Below, in pieces: positions 1-9,435 of a stretch of 64,000 nt of DNA. The notes under the pieces were generated by a model. It saw only the letters and a program-made list of their open reading frames with translations, did no database searches and had not been told where the DNA came from. Where the stretch lies: positions 131,827 to 195,826 of the forward strand of contig LCLX01000002.1 in NCBI GenBank assembly GCA_001002285.1, written 5' to 3'. Position 1 is the first letter of the stretch. Each line of letters starts with the position of its first letter. The position numbers were made by a program, and so were the translations under genes. The DNA is from Microgenomates group bacterium GW2011_GWC1_46_15. Its GTDB lineage: Bacteria; Patescibacteriota; Microgenomatia; UBA1400; UBA12028.

Positions 1-207
1 CGCTTTTTTGACAAACTTCTCATTTTTCTCACAGTTCAGTACCTTGGCGAGAATGCGGGCGCTGCTTGTCTTGCCCGTACCTTTGGAGCCGGCAAAAAGA
101 TACGCGTGCGAAAAACTCCCGCTATCGCGGATACGGCCAAGCGCCTCACGGGAAGCGGGCAAGTTTAGTTCAGAGATCGTTTGCGGACGATAGGTGCGGT
201 ACCACAT
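1..207 (-). CDS. dnaX: DNA polymerase III subunit gamma/tau, N-terminal part (runs off window)
   Basis: Manual translation from ATG at 207: [14 protein letters not shown]...[28 protein letters not shown]; YRP motif, HAYLF and Walker A typical of DnaX. Confidence 0.93.
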   Translation of the reverse strand, partial: MWYRTYRPQTISELNLPASREALGRIRDSGSFSHAYLFAGSKGTGKTSSARILAKVLNCEKNEKFVKKA

Positions 208-280
208 ACAATATTTCTTTCGGGACAGGAATGCGAACTATTGGCGATGACTATTGCGTACACATGTACTCTACCATGGA

Positions 281-682
281 TTAGTCGTGATGGAATCCTA
301 GCAGATGCATGAGTCCATGTTCAACAAGAAAACAGATTTGCGCGTCCACCATTTTTCCCAACTTGCGTGCTTCTTTGACTGCTTCGGGAAAACACACCAC
401 AATGTCTCCAATGTGTGAAATGGTGTCATCATTTTTGACAGTACGCGGAAACTCTTTTTCGTGTTGTTCAGGATCGTGTTGAGGAAACGACAACACATCG
501 GTGACGCCTTCATGCTTCATCAATCCTTCGTTGAGCTCAATCATGCGGCGGGAACCAACAATGGATACCGAAACTTCAACATCATCCGCGCCATGCTCTT
601 TGAGTGCGCGTTCAACACTCGCGCGAATCGCTTTCCTATTCACAGGATATCTTGAGCCAACACGCACTGATGTAATGATCAT
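281..682 (-). CDS. ybeY: rRNA maturation endoribonuclease YbeY
   Basis: TDVLSFP and HGLMHLLGFHH zinc-binding motif. Confidence 0.95.
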   Translation of the reverse strand: MIITSVRVGSRYPVNRKAIRASVERALKEHGADDVEVSVSIVGSRRMIELNEGLMKHEGVTDVLSFPQHDPEQHEKEFPRTVKNDDTISHIGDIVVCFPEAVKEARKLGKMVDAQICFLVEHGLMHLLGFHHD

Positions 683-700
683 GGATCGTTTTACACACCT

Positions 701-919
701 CTATAACGGTTTCTTTGCCTCGCGTATCGCGATATGTGCGTCGCGGTACCTTCTGCGTTCTAACTCTTTTTTGTGTTCTTTCCGCTTGAGTGCGGGTTTC
801 TTGTAAAACTCTTTTTCTCTCAAAAGTGGAAGTGTATTATCGATCACCACGCGCCGCTTGAAGCGACGAATGACGCTCTCTGTTGATTCATCTCGTTTTG
901 CTCGAACAATCGTTGCCAC
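701..919 (-). CDS. rpsU: 30S ribosomal protein S21
   Basis: ESVIRRFKR...EFYKKPALKRK; GTG start preceded by AGGAGG. Confidence 0.92.
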   Translation of the reverse strand: MATIVRAKRDESTESVIRRFKRRVVIDNTLPLLREKEFYKKPALKRKEHKKELERRRYRDAHIAIREAKKPL

Positions 920-948
920 GTGAACACACCTCCTTCCTCAAAACTATA

Positions 949-1248
949 TTAATGATTCCTATGACGTGTTTTTGCGCCTAAAATTTTTCTCTGCTCCTCT
1001 TTGTATTTTGGACCTGCCTCTATTGTCTCAACTTCCAACGTATTCAAAAATCTTTCATGATATCGTTTAATAAATTCCTCCTTTGTCAAACTTTTTGCTG
1101 CTACCGCTAAAGTAGGTCCTAATATTCCCCTCATCGCTTGGTCATAAAAATTTTCTGGATCATTGATTGCCGCTCCTGGTTCACATCCGATAAATGCGTC
1201 TGCTGTCATATGAGAAGCTATTCTACCCTTCCCTAGGCGTTTTTCCAA
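949..1248 (-). CDS. hypothetical protein
   Basis: 99-aa ORF filling the gap co-directionally; no motif recognised, start uncertain. Confidence 0.45.
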   Translation of the reverse strand: MEKRLGKGRIASHMTADAFIGCEPGAAINDPENFYDQAMRGILGPTLAVAAKSLTKEEFIKRYHERFLNTLEVETIEAGPKYKEEQRKILGAKTRHRNH

Positions 1249-1263
1249 GCATGAGTTGGTACG

Positions 1264-1746
1264 TTATTTCTTTTCTACAACCGCACGGATTTTTTTTGCA
1301 ATCTCCGCGAGTTTTACATCGTCCATTCTTTTTCCACCATGCGATGAGAGATACCCAGGATATTGGTTAAAATAGAGATCTTGTAATCCGGATGATTCAA
1401 TAGGCTTCCACTCCTTCATATTTCCTGTTCCATGCATTGGAAATAATTTGGTGTGCAGATGATCAACTCCAAACCCCTCGAGGAACATGCCTGTGCGACC
1501 CACGTCAGAAAATGCTTTGGTTAAAAGATTCCCAACCGTCCGCGTAGCCTTCATTAAATCAACATAAATGCGTTCATCATTAGCAAACACATCGCTTGGA
1601 TAGTGTTCTTTCGTTGCAACAATGGTAAAGCCGTCGGTGTTAGGAAAAATGGATAAAAACGCGATATGTTTGTCGTCCTCCCAAACTTTGTGGCTCGGCG
1701 ATTTTCCTTCGGCAATCAAACAAAAAATACAGTGTGGATCTTTCAT
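1264..1746 (-). CDS. HIT family hydrolase
   Basis: N-terminal CIFC, VWEDD, FLSIFP, and VDHLHTKLFP histidine-triad variant. Confidence 0.9.
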   Translation of the reverse strand: MKDPHCIFCLIAEGKSPSHKVWEDDKHIAFLSIFPNTDGFTIVATKEHYPSDVFANDERIYVDLMKATRTVGNLLTKAFSDVGRTGMFLEGFGVDHLHTKLFPMHGTGNMKEWKPIESSGLQDLYFNQYPGYLSSHGGKRMDDVKLAEIAKKIRAVVEKK

Positions 1747-1760
1747 ATAACTTTTTCTCC

Positions 1761-2618
1761 TTATATAATATTCTTTGCAATCTCAATAACCTCTTCAAGC
1801 GAAAGTGGCGATGGTTTTTGGCTGATTTTTTGCGAACCATTCAGCACCATATGCCGTCCCTTATGGAAAAACCACGAGCCTTTTGTATCTTTTTTCACAA
1901 TTGCTTCATGAAGTGGTGTCAAATCAATTTCTGGAAGCGGCGCTGCTTTTATCCGGATATTTCCTTGCCGCGGATCTTTTTGAATCACAAGATTAAATCC
2001 TTTCATTTGCGCATACCGCAACACCGCCTGGTTTGAGGTCAGTAATCCAATCCCTTTTCCCCATTTCGTTGAAAACTCAATACCTTCATCCATCACTTCC
2101 ATCGCGCGCTTACGCTCTTTCAATGAAGCATAAATGCCATCCAAACACTTCATACCAAACGCTGTTTGCGAATCATCGTCGTGCAGTTGTGTATACTCCA
2201 GCCCATGCAAAATCCAGCGGAGCGTAAACAGGTAGCGCTCGTGCGATGCTTCCGGCCAAAAGTAATCTTCAAAATGGTCATCTATCACGACATACTCCAC
2301 AACCTGCTGAAGCGCCCAGTCATCTTTTAACTCTGGATGGCGGGCAATGAGATCGTCATACACCAGGCTTGCCGCGCTGATTCGTTGCATTCCTCGGTCG
2401 GCTTGATGGTGGTCAAACTCCCCCTCTCCCGTATCAACGTGCGTGACATCCTGTTCACTCACACTATGTTCCTCGCGGACCACAACCGTTAATTTTTTCC
2501 CCGCGTCTACGAACAGAATTTTTGCATCAGCATACTGCTGGGAATCAAACCGTTTGAGAAGCCACACTGAGGTAATCGCATCAATGTCTGGCGCATGATG
2601 AGTGACAAGAAGTTTCAT
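1761..2618 (-). CDS. DHH/MYG1-like metal-dependent phosphoesterase
   Basis: THHAPDIDA, HVDTG.GEFDHHQ, SAASLV motifs; start set at MKLLVTH (ATG 2618, 6 nt after TGGTATCAT). Confidence 0.7.
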   Translation of the reverse strand: MKLLVTHHAPDIDAITSVWLLKRFDSQQYADAKILFVDAGKKLTVVVREEHSVSEQDVTHVDTGEGEFDHHQADRGMQRISAASLVYDDLIARHPELKDDWALQQVVEYVVIDDHFEDYFWPEASHERYLFTLRWILHGLEYTQLHDDDSQTAFGMKCLDGIYASLKERKRAMEVMDEGIEFSTKWGKGIGLLTSNQAVLRYAQMKGFNLVIQKDPRQGNIRIKAAPLPEIDLTPLHEAIVKKDTKGSWFFHKGRHMVLNGSQKISQKPSPLSLEEVIEIAKNII

Positions 2619-2698
2619 ATAAATATGATACCAGATAGAGGGGGTGCTTGCGCGCAGAAAAGTCTGGTGTATGATATTCCTGTTTGAAAAGGAGAAAG

Positions 2699-2998
2699 AT
2701 GGTAAACAATGAAACACAGCGCAGTCTTCGAGTTCTTGGATTTATTTACGAAACACCGACAGATGAACGTAACAGGAGTGTTCGGGAATGGTTAGAGGGA
2801 CTCCAAGCCCCGCAAGCACCCGGGACAGGAAACCTTACTATAGCTCATTTGAGAGTACTTGAAACCTTATTGAAAACCCAAAGGTTAAAACGTGGAAACA
2901 TAAGGAAACACGATACTGAAGGAACACACTTCCTTGATATTCTCAATGCAAATGGGCAGCTTGTGGCCAGAGCGTTATTGCAGTTTCTTGCGCAATAA
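2699..2998 (+). CDS. hypothetical protein
   Basis: ATG at 2699 preceded by AAGGAG; no motif recognised. Confidence 0.5.
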   Translation: MVNNETQRSLRVLGFIYETPTDERNRSVREWLEGLQAPQAPGTGNLTIAHLRVLETLLKTQRLKRGNIRKHDTEGTHFLDILNANGQLVARALLQFLAQ

Positions 2999-3000
2999 TT

Positions 3001-4770
3001 CTACTTTACCGTCACGCTTTTTGCCAAGTTCCGTGGCTTATCAATGTCCCTCCCCAACCTAACCGCAGTGTAGTACGCCAACAATTGGCCCACTACAATA
3101 TGCGGAAGGAGCGTTGCTTCTTGTGCATCACCGACCGGTAAAAAGATGTCAAATGTCGAGTTCGGCTTTGATGAAATACCGATCATGACTCCACCCCGCG
3201 CGCGAATTTCCATCGCGTTTGCCACCACCGCATCGTACTCTGCATCATCGGGTGCAAACACAACACATGGTGTCCCTTTTTCGATAAGTGCGATCATGCC
3301 GTGTTTAAGTTCTCCACCCGCAAATCCTTCGGCATGAATGTATGCAATTTCTTTCATCTTTAACGCCGACTCCAGCGCCGTGGGATAGGAAAATCCACGG
3401 CCAATATAGAACATATTTTTCTGTTTGGCCAAGAGTGGAATCACCGGCGCAAGATACCTTTTGTAGTACTGCGGAGTAAGGAGTGTTTCTATGGATTTTT
3501 CAGCTTTTTTTAAGATACCTTGTCCATATACACACTTCCTACCAACCGCAGATGCTAACACAATCAAATGGCTAATCATCGCCGTTAGTGCTTTTGTTGA
3601 AGCAACACAAATCTCGGGGCCCGCGGTAAGCGGGATGGTAGTGTCGGCAAGGCGGGATAGTGCCGATCCCATCACGTTCACGAGCGCATCAACATGCATT
3701 CCGCGTTTTTTCATATCCTTTGCGGGTTCAACAACGTCAATCGTCTCACCGCTTTGAGAGATACATAACGCGGTCATGTTTTTAGTAAGTGCGGGTGAAA
3801 TCGCATGATACTCATTCCCCTGCACCGCACTCCATTGTTTTTGTGCAAAATGCGCAAACAGCGCTGTACCCGCCAATGACGCGTAGTACGCCGAACCGCA
3901 TCCTACAAATACTCCCCGTTCCGCATGTTTTATGTGAGCAACAAGTTCTGTCGTGTTTTTCTGCTGTGCAGATTCAGCAATATGCCGTATGACTCTCGGC
4001 TGTTCGTGCATTTCTTTGAGCATAAAATGCGCGTATCCGCCTTTATCAACTTTTTGTGAAGAAAATAGCGCGTCCGCAGTGGCAAGTTTTAACGTTTTTT
4101 TCTTACCTGAAAGTGTATACAGCCGGACAGTGTTATTGCGCACAACTACCATTTCACCATCTTCCAGTGGTCGGACTTTTTCCGCGATCGTGGAAAGTGA
4201 TGCAAGGTCAGACGAGAAAAGATACTCGCTGTCTTTTGTTCTCCCCAAAATCAGTGGTGATCCTGTTTTGGCTGCAACCAATGTGTGGTCTTCAGCAGAA
4301 AACACGAGCACTGCGTTAAGACCGTGCAAACGTTGGAACGCGTGGCGGACTGTTTCAACAAAAGTATTTTTTTGAAGATTTTCCTCAATCACGTGAATCA
4401 ATACCTCTGTATCTGTTTCCGACCTAAATGTGTGTCGTTTTTTGAGTGATTTTTTCAACTCTTGATAGTTTTCGATGATGCCGTTGTGCACAATCGCAAT
4501 CCGTTTTGTACAATCCAAGTGTGGGTGCGCGTTTGCGTCCGTAACTCCACCGTGCGTTGCCCATCGCGTGTGCCCAAACCCCATTGTGCTTTGTGGCAAA
4601 GAATGTACGCTCGCACCGATTTTTCCGGCATGTTTTTCAACCGCAAACGTGTTATGAGTAACAACCGCAACGCCCCAAGAATCATATCCGCGGTACTCCA
4701 GCTGTTTGAGTCCGTTCAGAACGGTGTCCGCTGCATTTTTTTGTTTCGTCACTGCAAAAATTCCGCACAT
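3001..4770 (-). CDS. glmS: glutamine--fructose-6-phosphate aminotransferase
   Basis: MCGI N-terminal nucleophile, LEYRGYDS, GHTRWATHG, SQSGET, C-terminal PRNLAKSVT. Confidence 0.98.
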   Translation of the reverse strand: MCGIFAVTKQKNAADTVLNGLKQLEYRGYDSWGVAVVTHNTFAVEKHAGKIGASVHSLPQSTMGFGHTRWATHGGVTDANAHPHLDCTKRIAIVHNGIIENYQELKKSLKKRHTFRSETDTEVLIHVIEENLQKNTFVETVRHAFQRLHGLNAVLVFSAEDHTLVAAKTGSPLILGRTKDSEYLFSSDLASLSTIAEKVRPLEDGEMVVVRNNTVRLYTLSGKKKTLKLATADALFSSQKVDKGGYAHFMLKEMHEQPRVIRHIAESAQQKNTTELVAHIKHAERGVFVGCGSAYYASLAGTALFAHFAQKQWSAVQGNEYHAISPALTKNMTALCISQSGETIDVVEPAKDMKKRGMHVDALVNVMGSALSRLADTTIPLTAGPEICVASTKALTAMISHLIVLASAVGRKCVYGQGILKKAEKSIETLLTPQYYKRYLAPVIPLLAKQKNMFYIGRGFSYPTALESALKMKEIAYIHAEGFAGGELKHGMIALIEKGTPCVVFAPDDAEYDAVVANAMEIRARGGVMIGISSKPNSTFDIFLPVGDAQEATLLPHIVVGQLLAYYTAVRLGRDIDKPRNLAKSVTVK

Positions 4771-4835
4771 ACAATGCTCCTTTCAAGAGACGCACATATA
4801 TTCGTATAGATGATAAAAGACAGACCGAAGATGGC

Positions 4836-5050
4836 CTGGACAACCTGCAACTGACTTTGGCCTCCGCGTTTCCACAGAGTTTTAATCAACTGCTTACGGA
4901 TTGTTGTCGTGTCCGGAGGGTTTCCGCTAGATACTGCGCCGCATAGTGCCGGTGCGTCCGATTGCTCTTTCTTCTTGATTGCTCAAGAAGCGAGCCCCCC
5001 TTCCTCGTATCCCTGCTCTTTGGTGTTACAAAGCGAGGGCCACACGCTCG
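4836..5050 (-). ncRNA. glmS ribozyme (variant with large internal insertion)
   Basis: In the glmS 5' region; minus strand reads AGCG...P1 hairpin...ACGAGGAAGGGG...GCGGAAACCCTCCGG...TAAAACTCTGTGGAAACGCGGAGGCCAAAG...GTTGTCC, matching the order of conserved glmS ribozyme blocks. Confidence 0.75.
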
Positions 5051-5115
5051 ATGTTGATGAGAGATGGCCTCCTTTCCTGTATGCCCTATTATGCCACGAA
5101 AACACCACAATGCCA

Positions 5116-5496
5116 CTATGCGCGATATTTCTTTTTTCCTTTATCCGCAACCCCAAATACTGCCCCGCGGATCTGATGAATATCCCGTTCACATGCAGAG
5201 TTAAAAACACGTTGTTCTTCAATAAATGTTCCCACTTTTTGATGAACGGCAAGATGGATTCTGCGTTCTGTTTGCCGAAGTTCTTCTCTCCACTCTGTGG
5301 CAAGCTCCCTGAGGTCTTTTTTGGTTGCACATGTTTTCAGGCCTTCTTTTAAATCTTCTTTCGTGGCAAACTCCCTTCTCAGAGAAGGTAGCAGCACCTC
5401 GTCCCAAAGTTGCCCAAAAGCTTGGAAGAAAAGCCCCACTGTAAGTGGCGCATCTAAATCCATTTTTGAAAGATCGACGTGTTGAAAAGTGGTCAT
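5116..5496 (-). CDS. hypothetical coiled-coil protein with ATKxDL repeats
   Basis: ATG 5496 with AAGGAG; EFATKEDL/CATKKDL/ELATEW repeats. Confidence 0.7.
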   Translation of the reverse strand: MTTFQHVDLSKMDLDAPLTVGLFFQAFGQLWDEVLLPSLRREFATKEDLKEGLKTCATKKDLRELATEWREELRQTERRIHLAVHQKVGTFIEEQRVFNSACERDIHQIRGAVFGVADKGKKKYRA

Positions 5497-5640
5497 GTAT
5501 GACTCCTTTGTTAAGACAACGAATAGTGGATAGCTCGCTTCGTGGAAATGGGCGGCGTAGGGTATAAAAAACAACAAAACGCCGGCGAACAGTTCACCCA
5601 TTCAACCAAAAACATCAGGAGAAATCAAGATTCAAATTAT

Positions 5641-6603
5641 TCAGATACTTGGGAGTATTTTATGCATCATCATGTTCCAATATGTTTCATACCGATTCAT
5701 CACTGCGCCCTGAGCTACTACCCGCTGATCAAGTGTATGTGGAACTCCAGGGTCAAAACCGGTTTCAATAATAATGACTGCCTTCGCGGCTGGTTTCTCA
5801 ATTTTTCCACCACGAAAAAAAACACGTGGGGCTGAGATCAACTCATCAACCGATCCATCAACCGCATTTCGTACAACACCGTAAATAATCTTTTCTCCAA
5901 AAGCCGTTTCTCCATCCTGTGCAATCGGCATATCATTCGCATGCAACACGTCAACAACATCTTCAGCAATTCGAACAAGCCCATGTTCTCCATGATAATA
6001 CGTATATGAAGCGCGCGCCTGCGGACTATCTGGTTCTGGAGAAAATTCATCCTCATGATGATCAAAAACAAGTACTGGGGGATGTTGAACACATTGTGTG
6101 AGCGCCCACACTGTAATACATTCCGCGTCAAAAGAAATTGGTTTGCGCGTTCTTGGACCACTTTCAATTTCGTTTAACAATACGTGTTCGGAATCTCCAA
6201 CGCTCGCACCAAAATCTGGATTCCATAGTTCGTTAGGATATCGCCACTTTTTAATATATCCAAGAGGATTTAAAATTGATGTACAAAGAATAGGAATACC
6301 TGCCTCGGCTAACATCAACAGTGTTCTCACGTGCTGCGCGAGCGCATTTGACGGGGCGGGCTCTTCCCCATGCACTCCAACCAATACCCAAAGACCAGGA
6401 TTTTCATGCCATTGAGGACTTATATATCCGTAAACTGGCAACACAACTTTTCTTCCACCACCAGTTTTTCCTTCCTGCACATGAATACGCTGCTGTTCCC
6501 AACCATGGTGTGTGAGTTGTTCCAACGCTCTATACACTTCTTCAATCGGCAGTCTCGAATCTTTTTGAAAAGTTCCAACACGAAGCGGGGTTTCAATGCT
6601 CAT
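5641..6603 (-). CDS. M14/succinylglutamate desuccinylase-like zinc hydrolase
   Basis: GVHGEEPA, LNPLGY, FDHHED, IIIET; ATG immediately after the proS stop. Confidence 0.75.
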   Translation of the reverse strand: MSIETPLRVGTFQKDSRLPIEEVYRALEQLTHHGWEQQRIHVQEGKTGGGRKVVLPVYGYISPQWHENPGLWVLVGVHGEEPAPSNALAQHVRTLLMLAEAGIPILCTSILNPLGYIKKWRYPNELWNPDFGASVGDSEHVLLNEIESGPRTRKPISFDAECITVWALTQCVQHPPVLVFDHHEDEFSPEPDSPQARASYTYYHGEHGLVRIAEDVVDVLHANDMPIAQDGETAFGEKIIYGVVRNAVDGSVDELISAPRVFFRGGKIEKPAAKAVIIIETGFDPGVPHTLDQRVVAQGAVMNRYETYWNMMMHKILPSI

Positions 6604-6604
6604 G

Positions 6605-8101
6605 TTAGTATGCCTGTGCGAATACCCACCGGTGCTTGGCAGGTTTCCCACAGTACACACACTTCCCAATCTCTTCTTTGGCATCCAACGGCAAACACCG
6701 CGTTGAGGCTTTTGTTTCTTCTTTGATTTTTGTTTCGCACGCGGGGTCTTCACACCATAACGCGTGAATAAATCCGCGCTTCTCTTCCATTACTTTTTTG
6801 AACTCATCGTATGAATCGACGGTTGAAGTCATCGCCTGCCGCATCTCTTCCGCTTTCTCAAACATTGCGCCTTGAATTTCGTCCAGCAATTTGGGAAGCG
6901 TTGCATCAAGCGTGGCAATATCCAATGACCGCTTTTCTCCACTATGCCGAATTGCAATTGTTGCAAAACCCGTCTCAACCTCTTTGCGACCTAACTCCAA
7001 TCGAACAGGAACGCCTTTGAGTTCCCAAGCGTTGCGTTTGTACCCAAGAGACATCCCCTCACGCGTATCTACTTTTACTCGTACACCAACACGCTCCAAA
7101 GCAGCGCGTTGCATCTGCGCTTGCTCAATGAGCTGATCGTCGTCGCCGATAGGGATAATGACAACTTGAATAGGTGCAACCTTGGGAGGTAATACCAGCC
7201 CTTGATCATCACCATGTGCCAGTACAAGCGCGCCCAATGACCGCGTGGAGTATCCAAAACTGGTTTGCCAAGCAAAATCTTGCTCTCCTTTGACGTTTTG
7301 AAACGCAATGTTGAATGACTTGGAGAAGTTCTGACCTAAATCATGGCTTGTCGCCCCCTGCAACGCCTTGCCGTCCGGCATCATGAGTTCAACGGTTGTC
7401 GTTACATCTGCGCCCGCAAACTTTTCTGCAGTGCTTTTCGTTCCCTTTAAGGCTGGAATGGCTAAGTATTCTTCGTACACCTCTGCGTACGCATCAAGCG
7501 CGTCCAATACTTGCCGCCAAGACTCATCATGATACGCATGTGCGGTGTGCGCTTCCTGCCATAAAAACTCCATGCCGCGCAGAAAAAAGTATGTGCGCTT
7601 CTCCCATCGCACAACGTTGTTCCATTGATTCAATTTTAAAGGTAGATCGCGGTGCGAGTGGATCCATTTTGCGTACATCGCGTACATGATGGTTTCGGAA
7701 GTTGGGCGAACAATAAGTTTCTCAGCCAGTTGTTCTCCACCGCCAATCGTGACTACTGCTAACTCCGGCGCAAATCCTTCAACGTGTTCTTTTTCTTTTG
7801 TAAGCAAGCTTTCGGGGATAAGTAAAGGAAAATATGTGTTTTCAATCTCCATTTTTTTGAACCGCTCGTTGAGCGCCGCCTGAATGTACTCCCACACCGC
7901 GTAGCCTAATGGCCTGTAGACAATAGAGCCACGTACGGGCGAGTAGTCCGCCATTTCAGACTGCACGATCACGTCGGTATACCACTCGCTGATGTTCTGC
8001 GATTTTGGTGTAACACCGCGTTTTTGAAATGTCGCGGTACCGGATTGCGCTTTGGATTGTGCCTCGGACTTGGTTTTGGTTTGGTGCGTGGGCTGTTTCA
8101 T
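6605..8101 (-). CDS. proS: proline--tRNA ligase (archaeal/eukaryote-type)
   Basis: KEHVEGFAPE, RPTSET, QWNNVVRWE, EFLWQE, C-terminal zinc domain ending AQAY. Confidence 0.97.
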   Translation of the reverse strand: MKQPTHQTKTKSEAQSKAQSGTATFQKRGVTPKSQNISEWYTDVIVQSEMADYSPVRGSIVYRPLGYAVWEYIQAALNERFKKMEIENTYFPLLIPESLLTKEKEHVEGFAPELAVVTIGGGEQLAEKLIVRPTSETIMYAMYAKWIHSHRDLPLKLNQWNNVVRWEKRTYFFLRGMEFLWQEAHTAHAYHDESWRQVLDALDAYAEVYEEYLAIPALKGTKSTAEKFAGADVTTTVELMMPDGKALQGATSHDLGQNFSKSFNIAFQNVKGEQDFAWQTSFGYSTRSLGALVLAHGDDQGLVLPPKVAPIQVVIIPIGDDDQLIEQAQMQRAALERVGVRVKVDTREGMSLGYKRNAWELKGVPVRLELGRKEVETGFATIAIRHSGEKRSLDIATLDATLPKLLDEIQGAMFEKAEEMRQAMTSTVDSYDEFKKVMEEKRGFIHALWCEDPACETKIKEETKASTRCLPLDAKEEIGKCVYCGKPAKHRWVFAQAY

Positions 8102-8148
8102 ATATCCCCTTAATATACTACACAATCAAATCAGAGAAAAACAGAAAC

Positions 8149-9039
8149 CTAGAGCGCCTTCATCGCGGCCGCAAACACCGGCGCAACAGACAACACGTGG
8201 AGTTTTGAAAATATTTTTCCTTCAACCGAAACGGTGTCAGATACAATCACCTCGTCAACTTGGCTTTGCTCGAGATTACGTGAAGCATCCCCCGCCAACA
8301 ATGCGTGTGTCGCGTAAAAAATCACCCGCTTTGCCCCGTGTTCTTTGAGCACGCGCGCGGACTCGATCATTGTTGAGCCGGTATTAATGACATCATCAAT
8401 CACAACACACGTTTTCCCGTGGACATCGCCTGAGGTAAGCCGCGCCTCAATCTCCCCCGTGGCAAGATCACGCCGTTTATCAATGTTGAGAAAGGGTGCG
8501 TCAAGCGCCGTGGCAAATATACTCGCCCGTTTGAGCCCGCCAAAGTCCGGCGAAATAACAACAACATCTTTCTTGTACATCTTTTTTGCGTGCGCGATAA
8601 ATACACTCCATGCGCTAAGCACCGTGGTTGGCACAGAGAGAAATCCGGCAATGCTGTTGCTATGCAAATCCATCAACATGACACGTTTAATGTGCTGGGC
8701 GGAAATGAGGTCGGCGATAACACGCGCGGCAATGGTTTCTCCGGGCCGGAATACTTTATCCTGCAAGGAGTACCCCATCCACGGCACAATCGCAGTAATC
8801 GAACGGGCGCCCGCGCGGTTCAGCGCGTCAACCAAAAACAAATACTCTAAAATGTGCTCATCAACTGGCGCGGAAAACGACTGCAAAATAAACACATGTT
8901 TGCCCACAACACCATCTTGTATCCAGATACGTTTTTCGTCATTTGCAAACGTTGAAATTTCGGTTTTCCCGAGCGGAATCTTCGCGAGTGATGCGATGCG
9001 TTTTGCGAGAGCGAAGTTTGAGGTACCAGAGAAAAGCAC
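8149..9039 (-). CDS. prs: ribose-phosphate pyrophosphokinase
   Basis: DLHS, SPDFGG, IDDVINTGST PRPP-binding motif. Confidence 0.96.
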   Translation of the reverse strand: MLFSGTSNFALAKRIASLAKIPLGKTEISTFANDEKRIWIQDGVVGKHVFILQSFSAPVDEHILEYLFLVDALNRAGARSITAIVPWMGYSLQDKVFRPGETIAARVIADLISAQHIKRVMLMDLHSNSIAGFLSVPTTVLSAWSVFIAHAKKMYKKDVVVISPDFGGLKRASIFATALDAPFLNIDKRRDLATGEIEARLTSGDVHGKTCVVIDDVINTGSTMIESARVLKEHGAKRVIFYATHALLAGDASRNLEQSQVDEVIVSDTVSVEGKIFSKLHVLSVAPVFAAAMKAL

Positions 9040-9051
9040 AAGCGTATTGTA

Positions 9052-9396
9052 CTACGCCTTTTTGGTTTTTGCTTTTTTGACTGTTTTAATAGCTGTTTTT
9101 GCGGCTACTTTAACGGCTTTTTTTGCGGAAGTAACAACTGGTTTTACCACGGAAGATTCGGCACTCTTCATGAGCTTACTCAGGCTACTTTTCAATCGTG
9201 CCGCCTTATTTTTGTGCAAGATGTTTTTCTTGACTGCGCGGTCGAGCGCGGAAAACGCCTCGGTTAAAAGCTCGGCGGTTGGCGTCTTTTTCATGGCGTC
9301 CACCGTGGACTTGATGCGCGTACGGAACGTACGGTTCAACTCCGTGTGCTTTTTCGCCTGACGCAATGCTTTAAGTGCTGATGATGTGATTGGCAT
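9052..9396 (-). CDS. rpsT: 30S ribosomal protein S20 with Lys/Ala-rich C-terminal tail
   Basis: MPITSSALKALRQ...LDRAVKKNILHKNKAARLKS. Confidence 0.95.
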   Translation of the reverse strand: MPITSSALKALRQAKKHTELNRTFRTRIKSTVDAMKKTPTAELLTEAFSALDRAVKKNILHKNKAARLKSSLSKLMKSAESSVVKPVVTSAKKAVKVAAKTAIKTVKKAKTKKA

Positions 9397-9435
9397 AGGG
9401 GGAATTGTACCAGAGAGAAAGCGATGACTCAAGCC

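Noticed and set aside
4886-5352. Short ORFs 4886-5116, 4909-5352 and 4983-5330
   Set aside because: They overlap the glmS ribozyme and the ATKxDL gene and have no protein motifs
8345-9361. Long antisense ORFs (338 aa here; 306 aa at 23661-24581)
   Set aside because: Shadow frames opposite prs/rpsT and topA with no independent motifs
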